DNA of 64,000 bases, taken from the NCBI GenBank assembly GCA_964487475.1, contig CAZAPM010000005.1, forward strand, positions 1 to 64,000. Direction: 5' to 3'. Source of the stretch: an uncultured Planctomycetales bacterium. Its GTDB lineage: Bacteria > Omnitrophota > Gorgyraeia > Gygaellales > Profunditerraquicolaceae. Made by a program: the position numbers and the translations under genes. Within the stretch, counting starts at the first letter, position 1. Each line of letters starts with the position of its first letter. The notes under the pieces are model-generated. The model was not told the DNA's origin and ran no database searches. It was given only the letters and a program-made list of their open reading frames with translations. Below are positions 62,281-64,000 of this stretch, piece after piece.

Positions 62281-63015
62281 ATGAACGTGCGGACGGGGCG
62301 ATATAGGGAGCGTGCCGAGAGAGGACAGGCATTCGCAGAGGTGGCGATCATGGCCAGCCTCATGCTGCTGGTATTCGGCGTCCTTATCGCCTACATCCAG
62401 AGGTTCAATGACCAGCAATACGCGCAGATGACGGCGTTTCGCAATGCGCTCCGTCAAGCCTCCGTGTACGGGACGGATGAGGGATCGGGCGCAGGGGCAT
62501 CGATCCAGTATACCCTTATCGAGAACCGCCGCCATGCGGATGTCTCCAGCGGTTTTCAAAAACGCAGCCCCCAGACCTTCAGCGCCAGCGCCAACGTGTT
62601 CTGGGCGATCCCCGAGACGAATTCCAATGCCACCAGCCTTATCGGCTATAAGATAAACGAGGAAGAGTTCATCAAGGATTATGATACCCTTTCTTCCAAA
62701 GCCGGAGAGGGAGAGAATTTCCAGACCGGTCAGATCATTACTTCTTCCGACGTGGAGTTCAACGAGACCATGGAGAAGACCGAAACCCCGCAGCAGATCC
62801 GTACCGTGCAGAATTCCCGGCTGGAGGAGACGGTGACGACGGTAATTCCTTATGAGATCGTGACGAACGACACTGCGGAGGATGTGGTCAGTAGCGGGAC
62901 TTTGATCAGCGTGACCCAGGGCTTATACCGGGACGCAGACGGCCAGTATAAATATCACAGTGATTCGGTGGGGACGGTAGTGGAAAGGGGGAGGTCATGG
63001 ACCACTTCCTTCTGA
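62281..63015 (+). CDS. TadE-like minor pilin
   Basis: 'RG/QAFAEVAI' plus hydrophobic helix. Confidence 0.75.
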   Translation: MNVRTGRYRERAERGQAFAEVAIMASLMLLVFGVLIAYIQRFNDQQYAQMTAFRNALRQASVYGTDEGSGAGASIQYTLIENRRHADVSSGFQKRSPQTFSASANVFWAIPETNSNATSLIGYKINEEEFIKDYDTLSSKAGEGENFQTGQIITSSDVEFNETMEKTETPQQIRTVQNSRLEETVTTVIPYEIVTNDTAEDVVSSGTLISVTQGLYRDADGQYKYHSDSVGTVVERGRSWTTSF

Positions 63016-63290
63016 TGCCCTATCCACGCGCGCGCAAAGGGCAGAGCCTCCTGGAGTCTCTGATGGCATTGATCGTAGGGATCATCCTTTTGGGCGGGAT
63101 CGTGCAGATTTGGGTCTGGGGCAATACCCAGATCGTGAACCGGCAGCGGGAGTACGAGCGGACCAGGGTGACCGCGGGGGTGTCGGGCGATTATAATTCT
63201 TACAACAGCGCCTGGCCTCCGAATAGAGGGACTTTGGATAGTCTTACGGAAGAGGAAGTGCTGGTTGATTTTCCCGGAGGAGGCAAGTAA
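63015..63290 (+). CDS. TadE-like minor pilin
   Basis: 'KG/QSLLESL' plus hydrophobic helix; TGATG overlap with the upstream gene. Confidence 0.75.
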   Translation: MPYPRARKGQSLLESLMALIVGIILLGGIVQIWVWGNTQIVNRQREYERTRVTAGVSGDYNSYNSAWPPNRGTLDSLTEEEVLVDFPGGGK

Positions 63291-63292
63291 CC

Positions 63293-64000
63293 ATGTTCAC
63301 CTTCTTTCATCTTCGCAAGCTGCAGTATGAGAAGGGCCAGGTGCTGCCCTTTTTCATCATGTTCGTGGCGCTCCTGGTGATCATGGCTATGGTCAGCGTC
63401 AACTTAGGGAAGGTGGCGTTCATCAAGACTGACGCGTCCAACGGCGCGGATGCCGGCGCTATTGCCGCCGGCTCGATGATGGCGAATTATTTTAACTCTG
63501 CCGCCAAGGCCAACGAAGAGATGCAGGTGGCCTGGCAGGAATTCTACATTTCCCTGGCCATCGAGACCGGGATCGCTCTCGCTGCCGCGATCGCCGCATA
63601 TGCGATTGTGTCGCAGACGGTAATCACTTCGGCTGCATCCAAATCCGTTGCCCCGAACTCCCCCATTACTGCATACGTGATCGGAGTGAAGGATTGCGCG
63701 TTGACCGGTAAAGCACTGGTGCTTTTGGAGACCTTGGCGACCACCATATGGGGTATGATCATCGCCGTTACCGCGTTCCATGTGGCGCAACTCTATTACT
63801 ATAAGTCTATCCGTAAGATGTTGCGGGAAGGTCGGGAGGTTTCGATTAAAACCGGTCATCAGTTCGTGTTTTTGAACAGTGGGATCGGATCGAAGTTGAC
63901 GGAAGAACAAAGAGATACGCTCGATAGCTTTATGGATGGGCTGGAACATGAGGCGTCTTATACCTTTGACTGGCGGGATGGGCAGGACAGGGATCATGCG
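63293..64000 (+). CDS. TadG-like pilus assembly protein (3' truncated by window)
   Basis: GGAGG SD; MFTFFHLRKLQYEKG/QVLPFFIMF...NLG...SNGADAGAIAAG matches the Tad N-terminal 'ADAAALAG' pattern. Absent from the ORF track because it has no stop in the window. Confidence 0.8.
   Translation, partial: MFTFFHLRKLQYEKGQVLPFFIMFVALLVIMAMVSVNLGKVAFIKTDASNGADAGAIAAGSMMANYFNSAAKANEEMQVAWQEFYISLAIETGIALAAAIAAYAIVSQTVITSAASKSVAPNSPITAYVIGVKDCALTGKALVLLETLATTIWGMIIAVTAFHVAQLYYYKSIRKMLREGREVSIKTGHQFVFLNSGIGSKLTEEQRDTLDSFMDGLEHEASYTFDWRDGQDRDHA

Overview
GC-rich bacterial window with one 100-N scaffold gap. From left to right it holds: (1) the C-terminus of a PEP-CTERM protein, two GT-C-type membrane glycosyltransferases, a UbiA-like protein and comM; (2) an envelope/lipid operon (L,D-transpeptidase, accA, PadR, YdcF) and a MarR-led TolC/MFP/RND efflux operon; (3) a cyclophilin and a UvrD/PcrA helicase; (4) an ~18 kb co-oriented cluster (19.6-37.7 kb) behind a perfect-consensus sigma70 promoter; (5) an SPFH pair, acyl-CoA ligase, MFS, rlmN and GDSL esterase; (6) a FIST / histidine kinase / REC-GGDEF module and tRNA-Glu(CTC); (7) a Tad/Flp pilus locus. 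The cluster in (4) encodes an aromatic type II PKS (KS-alpha, CLF, ACP, TcmN/WhiE-VI-like aromatase, metal-dependent cyclase, cupin, reductases, MFS) with no recognisable oxygenase. It also encodes a B12-radical SAM enzyme and a phosphorylase / isomerase / aldolase-SCP2 / aldehyde dehydrogenase module resembling 5'-deoxyadenosine salvage. The Tad locus has a secretin-TonB_C fusion, a CpaE-CpaF fusion, about ten prepilin-like genes and a variant c-di-GMP-I riboswitch ahead of the pilins. The gene style suggests a PVC-group organism, possibly Omnitrophota (inference only). All calls come from reading motifs by eye; no searches were run.
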